Shown: piece by piece, positions 36,670-49,571 of the stretch
Layout: each line of letters begins with the position of its first letter
Numbering within the stretch: position 1 is the stretch's first letter
NCBI GenBank assembly: GCA_965240325.2
Contig: OZ251241.1
Coordinates: 124,001 to 188,000 of the forward strand
DNA from: Rebecca billardiae RCC1528
Lineage: Eukaryota; Protista; Haptophyta
Reading direction: 5' to 3'
Length of the DNA stretch: 64,000 nucleotides
Notes under the pieces: generated by a model
What the model was told of the DNA's origin: nothing
The model's database searches: none
The model's input: the letters and a program-made list of their open reading frames with translations, nothing else
Translations under genes and position numbers: made by a program

Positions 36670-39649
36670 ATGCCGACCGTGGGCGTGCCGCGCGACCTGC
36701 TCTTCCAGGAGCTCGGCCGCGAGTACAGTGCGCGCGCGCGCCGCCGTGCACGCGACGGCCCCGATCGCGCCGCGGCGCCCCTCGCCCGCCCGCCCTGACG
36801 CGCCGACGTGCCGTGCCGCGGTGGGCGCCGCCACGCGCGCGCGCGTGCGCTCGCAGCCGAGGATGAGTTCCAGGAGCTCTGCTTCGAGTTTGGCATCGAG
36901 CTGGACGAAGTGGTGCGCGCGCGCCGCCCGGCGCACGCGCGGCTGCGCCGCGCGCGTCCCGCCGCCCCCGCCGCCCCGGCTTACACGCCGCCCTCCCGCG
37001 CCCGCGCCGCGCCGCGCGCTGCGGCGGTGCCGCTGTGGGCGCGCAGGTCGTCGAGAAGCAGCTCAACACGGCCAAGCGCGGCGTGACGGACGACGCGGGC
37101 GAGGACGTGACCGTCTTCAAGATCGAGGTGCCCGCCAACCGGTGCGCGCGCCGCGCGGGGCGCCCGCCCGCCGCGACCGCCGGGCCGGCCGCGCGCGGCC
37201 GCGGCGCGGCGCCGCCGCGCGCCGCGCCGCGCGCGCGGCGCGCGCATGCGCGCAGCTGCTGAGCTGGAGGCGACCCGCGCGCGCGCGCGGCCGCGTGGCG
37301 CGGCGCGGCGCCGCGCAGGTACGACCTGCTGTGCCTCGAGGGCATCGCCACGGCGCTGAACGCGTTCACGGGCCGCTCGCCGCCGCCCAGCTTCACGCTC
37401 GCGCCGCGGTGCGCCACGCCTGACGGCCAGCCGCTGCTGATGCGCGTGCTGCCCGAGACGGCGGCCATCCGGCCGTTCGTCGTGTGCGCGGTGCTGCGCA
37501 ACATCTCGCTGACGACGGCGGCGTACAACTCGCTGATCGACCTGCAGGACCGGATGCACCACAACATCTGCAGGCGGAGAACACTCGTCGCCATCGGCAC
37601 GCATGACCTGGACACACTCACGCCGCCCTTCACGTGCGCGCGGCCCCGCGGACGCGCGGCCGAATGCGCGCGCGGCCCAGGCCGGCCGGCCGCGGCTCAC
37701 GCCGCTGCTGCCCCCGCGCGCGGGTGCGCGCGTGCAGCTACGAGGCGCGGCTGCCCGAGGACATCGCCTTCCGCCCGCTGGGCGAGGAGAAGGAGTTCAG
37801 CGCGCCGCAGCTGATGGAGCACTACCGCAAGGACACCAAGGTGGGGGCCTGATGGCCGGCCTGCTGCCAGGGGGAGGCGCGCGGCCGAGCGCGGGGGCAC
37901 GCGGCCGCGCAAGCGGGCTGCGGCCGCGGGCGCTGGCGCGGGCATGCGGGCTGCCGAGCGCGGCGGGGAGCGTGCACGCGCGCACGCGCGGTGCAGGCGT
38001 CAAGGCGGCGGCGAGGCGGCAGCGCGTGCCCCGCGCTCGGCCCCCGCGCTCACGCGCGCGCCGCCCCGCGCGTGCGCACGCCGCCCGCGCGCGCGCGTGC
38101 TGGGCAGATGAACAAGTTCACGCCGATCATCGAGGGCGCGTCGCGCTACCCGGCGCTGTACGACGCCGCGGGCACGTTGCTCTCTCTGCCGCCGATCATC
38201 AACGGGCACCACTCGCGCATGTCGCCCTCGATCAAGAACATCCTGATCGAGTGCACCGCGACCGACCTGACCAAGGCAAACATCACGCTCAACACGCTCG
38301 TCGCCATGTTCAGCCGGTACTGCGAGGCGCCGTTCAGCGTCGAGCCCGTGCGCGTGGCCTACCCCGAGGGGCCGTCCCACCCCAAGCTGGCGGGGCAGAC
38401 GCTCAGCTACCCGGACCTCTCCACCGGACTGCTCGAGGCGGAGGTGGGGTACATCCAGCGCGGCATCGGGCTGAGCGAGGCGCTGCTGCCGCCCGCGCGC
38501 ATCACCGAGCTGCTCGGCCGGATGATGCTGCCCGCCACGCACGACGCCGCGCGCAACGTGGTGTGCGTGAGCGTGCCGATCACGCGCTCCGACATCCTGC
38601 ACGCGTGTGACGTGATGGAGGACGTCGCCATCGCCTACTCGATCAACAAGGTGCCGCGCGTGCTGCCCTTCACCGCGTCGCACGCGGCGCAGCAGCCGCT
38701 GAACGCGCTGCAGGAGCTGCTGCGCCACGAGCTCGCCGCCGCCGGGTACACCGAGGCGCTGGTCTTCGCGCTGTGCTCGCACGCCGAGGCGTTCTCGCAG
38801 ATGCGGCTGGACGACGACGGCAGCACGGCCGTCACCATCGCCAACCCGAAGACGACGGACTTCCAGGTGCGAGCCGCGCGCGCGGCCGCGCGCGGCCGTG
38901 CCGGGCGGCCGAGAGAGCCGCGGCGCGCGGCGCGCGCGCGCGCGCAGCTGCGCTCAGCCGCCGCGCGCCCCCTCCCCCCCGCGCGCGCCCTCTGCCTGTG
39001 CGCGCGCGTGCGTGCGTGCGTGTGCGCGGCTGCGCAGGTGTGCCGCACGTCCCTCGTGCCGGGGCTGCTCAAGACCGCCGCGTCGAACCGCAAGCTCCCG
39101 CTGCCGTGGCGGTACTTCGAGATCTCGGACATCGTCAAGCAGGACGCTGCCTCGGACGTGGGCGCGTCCAACGAGCGCAAGATGTCCGCGCTGTGCGTCA
39201 TCCCCAACTCGTCGGGCTTTGAGGTGCGCGCGGCGCGCGCCGTGTGCGCGCGGAGCTTGTGCGCGCCGCCTCCCGCCGGGCCGTTGCCCTCAGCCACGCC
39301 GCCCGCGCGCGCGCGCGCGGCCCCCGCCGCCGCCGTCTACGCGCAGCACATCCACGGGCTGGTGGACCGGCTGATGACGACGCTCGGCCTCGAGCGCCAG
39401 TACGGCGAGTACGCGCCCGGCCAGCCCGTGCAGCCGGGCAAGTACGCGATGAGCGCGTCCGCGCACCCGTCCTTCTTCGGCGCGCGGCAGGCGTCCGTGT
39501 ACGTGCACACGCTCACGGTGAGCGGCGCGGGCAGCGGCGTGAGCAAGCACATCGGCGTGTTCGGCGTCGTGCACCCCGAGGTGCTGCGCAACTTTGAGCT
39601 CTCCTTCCCGGTGGCAGCGCTCGAGTTCGACCTGGAGGCGTTCCTGTGA
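36670..39649 (+). CDS. FARSB: Cytosolic phenylalanyl-tRNA synthetase beta subunit, multi-exon
   Basis: MPTVGVPRDLLF, EFQELCFEFGIELDE, IEVPANR|YDLLCLEGIA, YNSLIDLQDRMHHNICRRRTLVAIGTHDLD, LSLPPIING, TRSDILHACDVMEDVAIAY, NPKTTDFQ|VCRTSLVPGLLKT, GVVHPEVL. Confidence 0.97.
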
Positions 39650-40148
39650 CCCCGCACGGGACGCACGCGCGCGCGGGCACGCGCGCCAGCGGCGTGGGCA
39701 GCGGCCGAGTCGGCGGCTTCGACGGCTGGCCGTGGGGCGGCACGGCTCGCACGGCCGCGCGGACCGTCCGCTGCGATGAGAGCCCGTGGTCGTGGACTAC
39801 GTGACCGTCGGCCGCGCCGCCCGCGACGTCTGTAGCAGCGCGCGCAGCCGCAGCGGCGAGCCCGTCGCGCCATCATCTGATGAGTCTCCACCTCTCGTCG
39901 GGCGGCTCAGCATCGGGCAGCAGTAGCGATGCCATCGATCGTCATGCCATCCATACCATCACTGTCATGCGCACGCTGCTGACCAGCGTCGGAATGGCTT
40001 GCCCGTACCGGCTACCATGACTCCATGAGGATTCACTAATGAGGTCGCCGACCTGCGATGCCGCCATCGTGTGGTCCGGGCCTTGTTTGCAAGTTGGAGT
40101 CCGGACCTCAAGTCACCTCACCCTGTCGCGTGGCCGCGCGCAGCAGCC

Positions 40149-40780
40149 ATGAGCTACTCCGACGACTTGATCTGGGCGTGCGTGCGCAACAACTCGTGCT
40201 TCCTGCGCAAGGGGCGCAAGCCGAACGCGACTTTCTCGACGGAGCGTGGTAACCTGACGGGAAAGAACAGCTTCAAGTACTCGGGTCTCGCCAACTCGAA
40301 GACGATCGACCTGCGCGCCGATGGCGATGCGTTGGTGCTCACGACCAAGGTGAAGGACATCGCAAAGGTGGCGCGTAAGGTGCGCAGCGGGGGGCTCGGC
40401 TCGGCCTGGTGTACGCGCGTGTGCGCAGCGGTGCACTCTCGTCGAGCGTCAGCGCCGGGGGCACTGGGCGCCAGGCCATGGCCGATGCGTGCCGCATCCG
40501 TGCGCGGACCGAGCGTGTGTCTGACTGCGCCCTCTGCATGTGCCCGCGCTGCGCGCCGGTGGCTGCGCAGCCCAAGTCGATGACGCGGAGCGCGAAGCTG
40601 ACGAAGAGCGCTAGCGCGGTCGCGAAGACCATGGCGCACGTGTCGGCGGGCAGCTTCTACCGGGCAGACCTGAAGCAGGCTGCCCAGGCGCGTGCGTCGA
40701 TCCTCGCGGCTGCGAAGAAGCGTGAGCGCACGGGCAAGGACAAGCCGGTCATCAAGCCGAAGCGCGGCACGCGCAAGTGA
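40149..40780 (+). CDS. RPL28: 60S ribosomal protein L28 (eL28); intron 40380-40570
   Basis: LIWACVRNNSCFLRK, FSTERGNLTGKNSFKYSGLAN, YRADLKQAAQARAS. Confidence 0.95.
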
Positions 40781-41841
40781 GTGCGGGTCTGACCGTGGGC
40801 GAGGTGGGCGTCGGAAGCGAACGAAGGCGTTCCTTCGGGCTGCGCGAGTCAGTACTCGAAACGCAGGCACCGCTGCTGGCTGCACGGGGGTGATCCGACT
40901 ACATAGTCTCATCGTCCTGTTGCGGACGCGGCGCCGCCGCCGGTGCGGGTGCGCCCGGGGCCGGTGCCAGCGTGCCACTCGTAACTTACTAACTACTCAG
41001 TCTCGCGGACTCGGGGACTCAGTCGTAACGCCTGTCACTGTGATGCCACGGTGAGTCGCCAGGCCGCCGCCGGCGGGGCGCTCCTGAGGGCCTGAGAAGT
41101 GAGAGTCTGACACTCTGAGAGTGAGCCGTGAGCCCGACCGTGAGGCTCAGCCCTGCAAGGCTGCCATCATCGTCATATCACTATATAATCTCTATAGTCT
41201 GCATGTAGTCGTCACCGAGTCCGAGACCGACATCACCGACAGGCGACACCGTACTCCGTAGAGTCCGTAGACGGCGTAGACCGGTCCGTCATCGGTGGCC
41301 GCCACTACCTGAACCGGTGCCAAGGCTGCGGACTGGTGGCGGCCTGCGGGAGTCAGGCCGCCGGCGCCCGGTCTCGGGTCTGACGACACTCCGTCTGTCT
41401 GTCACTCGACAGTGACGTCACTACAGGCTACGTGTGGCGGTGTGGACAGGGCACAGGCGCACAGACCGCACAGAGTGCCCGGTCCGCGGTCACTTTTGTA
41501 ATAGAAGTGCTATGATACTAAGCGCGCATTGACACTCAGAGTCAGACCGCCCGACCGCCCGACCCGGCGACCGCAGATGACGGCAGACCGGGTCCAGACC
41601 GTCGGCGTCGACACGAAGACAGATCGTTGTAGTTGGTTGTTGACATTCATTGTTGAGCTGCTCGGCAGGCCAGTTGCCACTTGGGCGCCCCGCGCCAGCG
41701 CTAGCCCCGGCGGCGGCCGGTCTGGACGCAAGGCCCGATGAACCACGTCTGACGTCGGAGGCGTGCCGCGGTGCCTCGTGGCCGACTGGGCCCGCGACGC
41801 CTCCGAGCAAAGAATGCCGCGTGCTCGACTGCTGCGCATGG

Positions 41842-43201
41842 CTAGGCCTTCTTGCCAAAGAAGGCAGTCATCTTGGACATCTTGCGCGTGTCCGCCTTGG
41901 CCAGCGCCGCCTGGCCGGGCGTGAGCCGCGCCTTCTTCGCCGCGGGCCCAGCCGCGGCGGGCTTGGGCGGCGGCGCCTGAGTCGGGTCGGCCGGCTGCAG
42001 CGGCTGCGGCCCCGCGCGCCCCTGCTGCTCCAGCTCCAGCGCCTCGCGCACAAGCGCGTCTTGCTCGGCCGCGGCCGCCGCGGCGGGAGGGCTGCTGCCG
42101 AGCGCGGACGCCGAGGGCGCAGCCACGCTGGCGCGCGCCTGCTGCCCCGCGGGCCGGCTCTCCACGCCGCCTGCCGCCTCGGCACGCACCTGGGCGACGC
42201 TCAGCCTGCCGCGCGCGCGGGTGCCGGGTGGGCCGCGCGCGCCGCACCGGCAGCGGCTGTGAGCCGCAGGGGCGCGCGGAGCGCGCCGCGCGGGGCGACA
42301 GCGCCGTGCACCGCGCGCGCGCGCACCCGTACGCCTCGCACAGCTGCGCGAGCAGCTCGTCGCACAGGTACTCCCCCACGAGCGCCAGAGCGCTGAGCGC
42401 GCCCACGCCCTCCACCGTGCCCGGCTGCTCGCGCTCGCCCTCGTCGAGCACGAGCGTGCCCGCGGTACTACCGCCAACGGCCGCGCCCTCGAGGAACTGC
42501 GGCGCGGCGGCACGCACGCGCTCGACCTTGGCGCGGAGGTACGCGACGGCGGTGGCCTGGTTGTACCGGATGTACGGCTCGTCGAACTTGTCGTTCACGT
42601 CGCAGCACCGCGCCAGCCGCGCGCCGATGCCGGGGACTGCGCAGAGGGTGCCCAGCGCGCGCTGCGCCTCTGCGCCCGCGCCGTCGGCCACGCACACGTC
42701 GCTCAGCGGGCGGTACATCTCCTTGGGCTGCCCGTCCGCGCCCGAGGTGCGGCGCACGGCCGCTCGCCGGTCATCGAGGAGCTTCTTGAGCACGAAGAGG
42801 CACGGGTCCATCGGGGTCGCCACGAGCAAGCTGCCGTCTGGGGAGTCGCGCGGCGCGCGCGGCGCGCGCGGCGCGTGCTGAGCATGGCACCGCAGCGCCC
42901 GTCGCCGTCGGGCGCGTGCCAAGCGGGCGGGCTGCAAACACACGTGCCCGCCGATTCCGCGCGCAGACGCACCTTGCTGCGCGCTCTCCCCGATGAGCCA
43001 CGAGCCGTTGGCTGGGTCGGCCACCCTGTTCAGCTCGTGCAGCGCGTCGTCGAGCAGCAGGTAGACGAGCGACTCGCCCGTGCGCGGGTGGGGTAGCCGG
43101 ACGGTGGCGAACTTCGCGTCACTCAGAGGTCGGTCGCTGACCCCAGCGCGGTCGATCACCACCAATCGCTCGTGCCTCGGCGCGGCTGTCGCCGTCGACA
43201 T
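41842..43201 (-). CDS. RNASEH2B: Ribonuclease H2 subunit B, 3 exons
   Basis: LPHPRTG, LHELN, SWLIGE...DGSLLVATPMDP, YLRAKV; C-terminal PIP-box-like DTRKMSKMTAFFGKK. Confidence 0.88.
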
Positions 43202-44016
43202 GGCCCGCTCGGCGCGGTGGTCGTTTGCCCCCCCGCGGCGACCAACGATCTGTCGCAGTCCGGGACTGGCGGGAGCGCGAAGTCCGGGAGACCTATTAGC
43301 TATTCCGTAGTACTCTATGCACCCGCATTTGTGACTCGGAAGGCTTCGGCCTGTGAGCCCTGTGACGTCCCTGCTGGGCCTGACGATCGCGCGTGGCAGG
43401 CTGAGGCTGGCGCAGCATCAGTGCGCACTTATTGTGCCACCGCGTAAGATAGCGTTGCGGCCGCGTCATAACGGAGTAACGGACGGTTCGGACCCCGTTT
43501 CAGCTCGGACCGGACGCGTCGTCATGCGGTCATGCCCGAACCGATCGCGCGGGCTGAGGAACCACATGGCACATGGTCCGAATCATTGGTCATCGTCGAC
43601 CGCCCATGTCCGGGACCGGTGCGAACCGAGACCGAGTAAATCGGGTAATCCGCGCGCGGACCGTCGAGCTCGAGGGCGAGGCCGGCCGGTGCACACCAGT
43701 GACCAGAGCAGCTCGACGTCCTCCAGCCTCAGGACTCTCCGGATTCTCAGGCCGCTGCACGGCAGCAGTGGTCGGCACGGTTGCGTGCCCGACTGCCACC
43801 CTGGCGCTATGCGCCTAGGCTCCGCCCGAGCATCGACTCACTCACTACTCAGCGCGCGTTGAAGGCGTGCGGACGTCTGCCGAGCGCGGCCACGCAGCGC
43901 GGCCGCGCGTGTGCCTCGAGTCCAGACGCATCAGAGCGGCTGAGCGTGTGAGCGTGTGAGCGTGTACTGCGTGGGGGAAGAGCGTGGGGCATCAGCGGCA
44001 GCGCTGGCGCACGAGG

Positions 44017-44069
<53 letters not shown>
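44017..44069. repeat. (CTG)n microsatellite
   Basis: About 17 perfect units. Confidence 0.95.
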
Positions 44070-44070
<1 letters not shown>

Positions 44071-44195
44071 GGCTGCTGCGGCTGGTGCGCACGCTGGCCG
44101 CTCGCTCTGCGGCCGGGGCGCGTGCCGCCGATGGGCGGCGGCTCCTCGGCCCCTGGCGCGCCGCGCGCTCGCGCCGCGCCACGCGCCGCGCCCGC

Positions 44196-44834
44196 TCACA
44201 GGATGACGCAGCCCCAGCCGGCGTGCTCTGCGCCCGCGCCCGGCTCCGCCACCCCCTCCGACTGCCACCCCATGTAGTCGAGCAGGTACGCCTTCCCAAA
44301 CTGCTGCTCGTCGTACTTGCGGCGCAGCTCCTCGGCGACGTCGCCGGTGGGCGTGGCGATCGCGGAGAAGAGGTTGATCACGCCCACCTCGACGCACGCA
44401 GCCAGGCAGTTCACCGCCGCCAGCAGGATGGGCACGAGCTGGGCGGGCGCGTCCGTCGCTGCTTCGCTGAACGCGAGCGCGCGCGTGAGGGCGCAGAGGC
44501 GGTCGAGGGTCGCCTTCGTCGCGAGTTTGGGGTCGCGGACGAGCACGTCGCAGATCTGGTTGCAGTAGATGACGTTCGACGGGTGCCCGCGAGGGTCGGT
44601 CGCGCGAATGAGCCGCGCGAGCGCCTCGCGCTCGGCGGGCGGCACCGCGGGCAGCACTGAGGGCATCTGCGCGTCGATGTAGCGGTGCGCCGCGAGGTGC
44701 GCCTCGGAGAGCGGCTCTGGGGCGAGCTGCGGTGGCCGGCCGTCGTCCTCGTCGTCCTCGTCCACATCGATCCCGTCCCACTTCGCGTAGAGGCGGTCGA
44801 GCGTGGGGGCTTGTGGCTCAGGCTCAGGCGCCAT
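44196..44834 (-). CDS. Hypothetical 212-aa helical protein with C-terminal CaaX motif (CVIL)
   Basis: Intronless ORF with normal amino-acid composition; N-terminal YAKWDGIDVDED; ends GWGCVIL-stop. Confidence 0.8.
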   Translation of the reverse strand: MAPEPEPQAPTLDRLYAKWDGIDVDEDDEDDGRPPQLAPEPLSEAHLAAHRYIDAQMPSVLPAVPPAEREALARLIRATDPRGHPSNVIYCNQICDVLVRDPKLATKATLDRLCALTRALAFSEAATDAPAQLVPILLAAVNCLAACVEVGVINLFSAIATPTGDVAEELRRKYDEQQFGKAYLLDYMGWQSEGVAEPGAGAEHAGWGCVIL

Positions 44835-45071
44835 TCTCGCCGCGCCCTGCCGCCGCCCGCCTTCTCAGGCGAGGCCACCGGACACCGCCCAAATCTCTCG
44901 CGGCGAGATCGGCCCGGCCGGCGGCGGGCGGCCGGCAGCCGTTCCGGGCGTTCCGGACAGCCGTCCAAAGCGCAACAGGCTTTTTCGGCCGAGGGGTTCG
45001 GCACTCCCAAGAGCTGCCATCACTGGCCTGCTGGCCAGCCGTCGAGCCGTCGGTGGGGCGCGCAGTGGGGC

Positions 45072-47470
45072 ATGCCGACGCCCCGGCCGAAGCGCGCGCG
45101 CGTGCTGGTCTCGCGCCTCCCGGCGCACGCGCGCGTCCGGCTGGGCGCCATCGAGGCGATGCTCTACGCCGCGTGCGCGGCCGAGCAGGAGGTGAGCATC
45201 GTCGCCGTCGAGCTGCACGGCGGCTACGCGGTGGCGTGCCTCGAGGGGGCCGAGGCGCCGCGCGCGATGCTGGGCGAGCACGAGCTCACGGTGCGATCCG
45301 AGCGGCTCAGCGTCCTCGTCGGCGCGGTCGGCGCCACCGAGGACGTGGCGGACGCGGCGGCGCGGATCGCGGACGGCGCGCGCGACAAGCCGGCGCTCAC
45401 CGTACAGATCTCGCGGCCTGCGCGCGAGGTGGGCGCGTCGCCCGAGAAGAGCATGCGCACGCGCAACGCCGCCGCCTCGCGCTTCGCGCCCGGCGGCGCG
45501 GCGTCGCCCGCGAGGACGCCCGCCGCCGGCCGCGCGGGTGCGCAGAGCAGCCGCGCGGCGGGCGGCGGCGCGGCGGCCGAGGCCGAGGCGCGCGCGGCAG
45601 AGGCCGAGGCGCGCGCGGCGGGCTCGGAGGAGGAGAGCGCGGGCTCGGAGGAGGACGAGCTCGTCTCGCCCGGGCACAAGCGCACGCGCCGAGACGGCAG
45701 CGGCGAGCGCGCCACGCGCGCGCGGCCGGGCGCCGCCGCGTGCGGCTCGCAGGCCTGCTGTGGCGCGGAGGTGGGCGCGCCGTCCGCGCCCTCGCCCTTC
45801 ACCGTCTTCGAGGAAGGGGGCGCGCGCGAGGGCGGCGGCGGCGAGGGCGGCGGCGGCGGCGCGGTGGACGCCACGCCGAACTCGAAGCCGGCGGACGACG
45901 GCGCCGGCGGGCCGCGCAGCGGCCCCGGCAGCCGCCTCAACCGCCAGGTGAGCGCGCGAGCCGTGCGCGGGCGGCGCCGCGCCGCGCCGCGCCGCGCCGC
46001 GCGCTGCGCGCGCGCGCGCGGCGCGCGCGCGTGCCGCGCGCCCGCGCTCACGAGCGGCGCGCGCGCGCGGCGCGCACAGGGTCTGAGCTACAAGTGCTCG
46101 CGCTGCGGGCAGCCCAAGAAGGGGCACCACTGCCCCGGCGGCCCCATCCCCGTCGGCCAGCCCGCGTTCGGTTACGACAGTTACGTCCTGCAGACCGGCT
46201 ACGACGCGCACGGCCAGCCGACGCAGACGCTCGTGCAGGCGGTGGTGCAGCCCGCGCCCGCGCTGGCGACGGCGCTGCCGACGCACGCGTCGCCGCCGAC
46301 CGCGGCGGCGGTGCAGCTCGCCGCGCCGTCGATCGCGGTGGTGCCGCCCGTGCCGCTCGCGCTGGGCGAGCAGCCCGCGCTCGCGCGCCCCGCCGCCGCG
46401 CCGCTTCTCAGCGGGGGACCTCTCGGCGGCCCTGACGGCAGTGCGCCGCCCGGCGCGGCGCTGCTGCCCGCCGCCGCCGCGGCCGGCTCGCCGAGCGGCG
46501 CGGACGGGCGCGCGCAGCAGGGGGCCGCGCCCACGCGCGGCCGGCCGCCGCGGCCGAGGGGCAAAAAGGCGGCCGCGCCGGACGGGGCTGCGGCCCCCGC
46601 GCTGCCACTGCCGCCCCCGAGTGCGGCTGGCGCCGGGCCTGGCGCGCCGCTCCCGGGCGCGTCCGCGCACCAAACGTGCGCCTCTGCGCGCGCCTCTGCG
46701 CGCGCGCCCAGCCCACCCTCCGCGGCAGCGCGCGCGGCCGACACCGCGCGCGCGTGCGCTCACGCCGCCCGCCGCCCTGCCCGCCGCCGCGCCACGTCGC
46801 TTCCCCTCAGCATGGAGCTCACCGACATGGACCTGATGCTCTCAGACCTCGCGTTCAGCGCGACGCGCCCACCGCCCGTGCTCACGCCGGAGGAGGCGGC
46901 GGCCGCCGCGCGTGGCTGCACCGCCGCGCCGTCGGGTGCGGCGCGCGCGCGGCCCGCGCCGCGCGCGGCGCCGCCGGCAGACCCCGTCACGCCGCCCGCC
47001 CCCGCCCCCCGCCGCCGCGCCCCCCGCCGCCGCAGCCGTGCCCAGCGTCTCGATGCCCTCCTCGCTCGGCCGCGAGCTGGGCCGCCTGACGCCGTCCATG
47101 TTCACGCCGGGCGGGCAGTTCTCGCCCTCGATGATCTTCAGCCCGGCGCTGCTGCAGCAGATCATGGCGGGGCAGTCGCCGCAGCTCACGCCCACGGGTG
47201 CGCCGCGCGCGGCGGCCGTGCGAGCGCGCCGCGCGCCGTGCGAGCCCTCACGCGCGCACGACCCGCCTGCTGCTGCGGCTGCTGCTGCGGCTGCGCGCCG
47301 CAGGCCTCACGCCACCGCCCGCCGCCGGCGCGGCCGGCGCGAGCGCCACGCCCACCGCGGCTGCCGCCGCCGCCGACAGCGTCGCGGCAGCAGCGCCCAC
47401 TGGCCGCTCGCGCGGCCGAGCCGGCAGCAGCAGGGCGGCCGCCAAGGCGAGTGCGGCCGCATCCAGCTAG
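45072..47470 (+). CDS. Low-complexity protein with a CxxC...HxC zinc-knuckle-like motif, multi-exon; putative nuclear regulator
   Basis: RQ|GLSYKCSRCGQPKKGHHCP, NLS-like PKRAR/KRTRR, AT-hook-like RGRP; typical introns; 3' exons tentative. Confidence 0.65.
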
Positions 47471-47619
47471 CGTGACTGACCGTGCGGCACTCAGCCGATC
47501 CGAGCACGGAGCACCTGCGCGCTACGCGGCATCGCTATACCGCGAAATAACGGCGAATGCTCGCACGCTGCCGTCATCGTCACTCCGAATCGTCTGACGG
47601 CTGCGTGCGACGCGCTTTA

Positions 47620-47622
<3 letters not shown>

Positions 47623-47659
<37 letters not shown>

Positions 47660-47663
47660 TTAT
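47623..47663. repeat. (TA)n microsatellite
   Basis: Perfect TA run abutting element copy B. Confidence 0.95.
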
Positions 47664-49282
47664 ATGACCGCGTTCCGCGGTCCTTTTCCGTAGAACGAAC
47701 GTAGTTCGGGGCCCGCGGTGGCGGTGCACCCTCCGTCGCAGTCGTCCCGTACACGTGTCGTAACTAGACTCCATCCAGCGGCGCGCCGCCCCAGCGCCGC
47801 GCCGCCGCCGGCGTGCGCCGAGTGTGGATGTCGGTCGTCGGCCGAGCTGCCCTCATCACAGACGGCCCTTACCTGACCCCCTGCGCGTGCGCGACGGCCG
47901 ACAGGCGGATGCGACTCGGCGTGATCGACGCACGAGCGCGACTGTTGCACGCCAGGCCACCGGCGGAGCTGACTGACAGCCAGGGAGCCGGACGGCGCGG
48001 GACCGCGCGGATTCGACCGTTCGTTCGGGCCTGCCGCTGACCGTCGTCGCCGCGACGCCAGCAGCGCAGGAGTAGATGATCTGCAGGTCAGTAGGGTTCG
48101 ACCTGCGCGCCTGCGCGACGGCCGACAGGCGGGCGCGAGGCGTGAGCGACGCATGAGCGCGACTCTACGTGCACACCAGGCACCACGCGGCCGAGCTGAC
48201 TGACCGCGGGCCAGGGAGCACGGTGCGAGCAGCCATGCAGCACCGGTGCTTGCGCGCGCCGCGCGTGCACGGGGTGACACACCTCGGTCAGGCTCGGCAC
48301 GCGTCGCAGAGGCACGGCCAGCTCTGGGCACGCCAGGCGCCCAGGCCACGCGGAGCTGACAGCCACGGGGAGCCGACGGCGCGCGGGGCCGCGGCCAGTT
48401 CCGAGTTCGACTTGCGCCTGCTCTGAAGAAGAGTTCTGGGAGACCCTGGCGGAGAGGCATGGCAAGGGGGGCGTGTGGTGAAGTCGGAGACTCAGAGATC
48501 GATCAGTCCGGCATCATGCGCCGCTGCCCCCGAGCTTGCGAGAGCCCGAACACAGGGCGGCGGCTGCGGCGGCGGCGGCGCGGCCGCGCGCCGGCCGGCC
48601 GCGCAGGCATCGACAGGGCGCGGCAGGGGCGTGCGGAGTGACTAGTGAGCGGGCACGAACGCGATGTCGACGGCCGTCGGGACCCGCCGCAGACGCGCGC
48701 TCCAGGCGCCACTCGGCACTTGCCACGCGCACCTGCCCATCGAGCGCCCCCTTGGAGGCTTGGACCAAGAGTCGTCGCGGCTCGCTCGCCACCCCGAAGG
48801 AACCTGCGCGTCACGTGCTTGCGACGGCGGCAGCCGTTTTGAGCTCGCCAGCTCGGTAAGTCAGTGACTATGGAATGGGCTGGCAACGAATAGCTGCGCG
48901 GGTATTTTCAATAAGGCTTGCGGGTTTTAGACTCTAGATACCAACCGCCGCGAAGCCAAGTTCATATTCATCAAGGCGGAGGCAAACTATCACACATGAA
49001 CGAGAGTCTACCCACAAAATCGCGCTCGTAACGAACCGTTACACTAATGTCACGTCCAGCTGACGTCCAGATCGCACTTTACTTAAGGGAATCAGCTGGG
49101 CGCGGTTTTTTTCGGCCTAATAGACCTCTCTATGCGATCTCAAAAACTCGAAACTCGGTCTCCGCCAGCCCTAAAAATCGCCCCCCGTCCCTTTTTTCTT
49201 GATCAAAGATCTTTTTGAAACGTGGTTCGGGCCCGCTGGTGCGGGCTCCACGCTGCGCGCTCCGCCCTGCACCGCGGGCCAT
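47664..49282 (-). mobile_element. Non-autonomous ~1.6-kb dispersed element, copy B (inverted relative to copy A)
   Basis: Reverse-complement match to 13482-15144 with the same termini; TA-rich DNA on both flanks. Confidence 0.85.
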
Positions 49283-49571
49283 TATTTATTATTATACATA
49301 TACATATATATAGTATATATCATCTCATTATACATATATATTATTGATGATATGGGCTAATATTGCCGTAGGGGGTCCAAGCCAGCAGCCCACTGATTTG
49401 TGATATTTGACAACCATGCGCCATGTAGGCGTCTGCTGAGCGTGGCGCTTGCGGAGTCCCCCTCAAATATGTCCCACAGCCCAGCCCAGCCGTCAGAAGC
49501 ACTAAAAACCGACTCCGCGTGTCGTCGCGCGGTCGTGCGCGCGCTCAGCGGCGCCCGCTGTGTCACATAGT

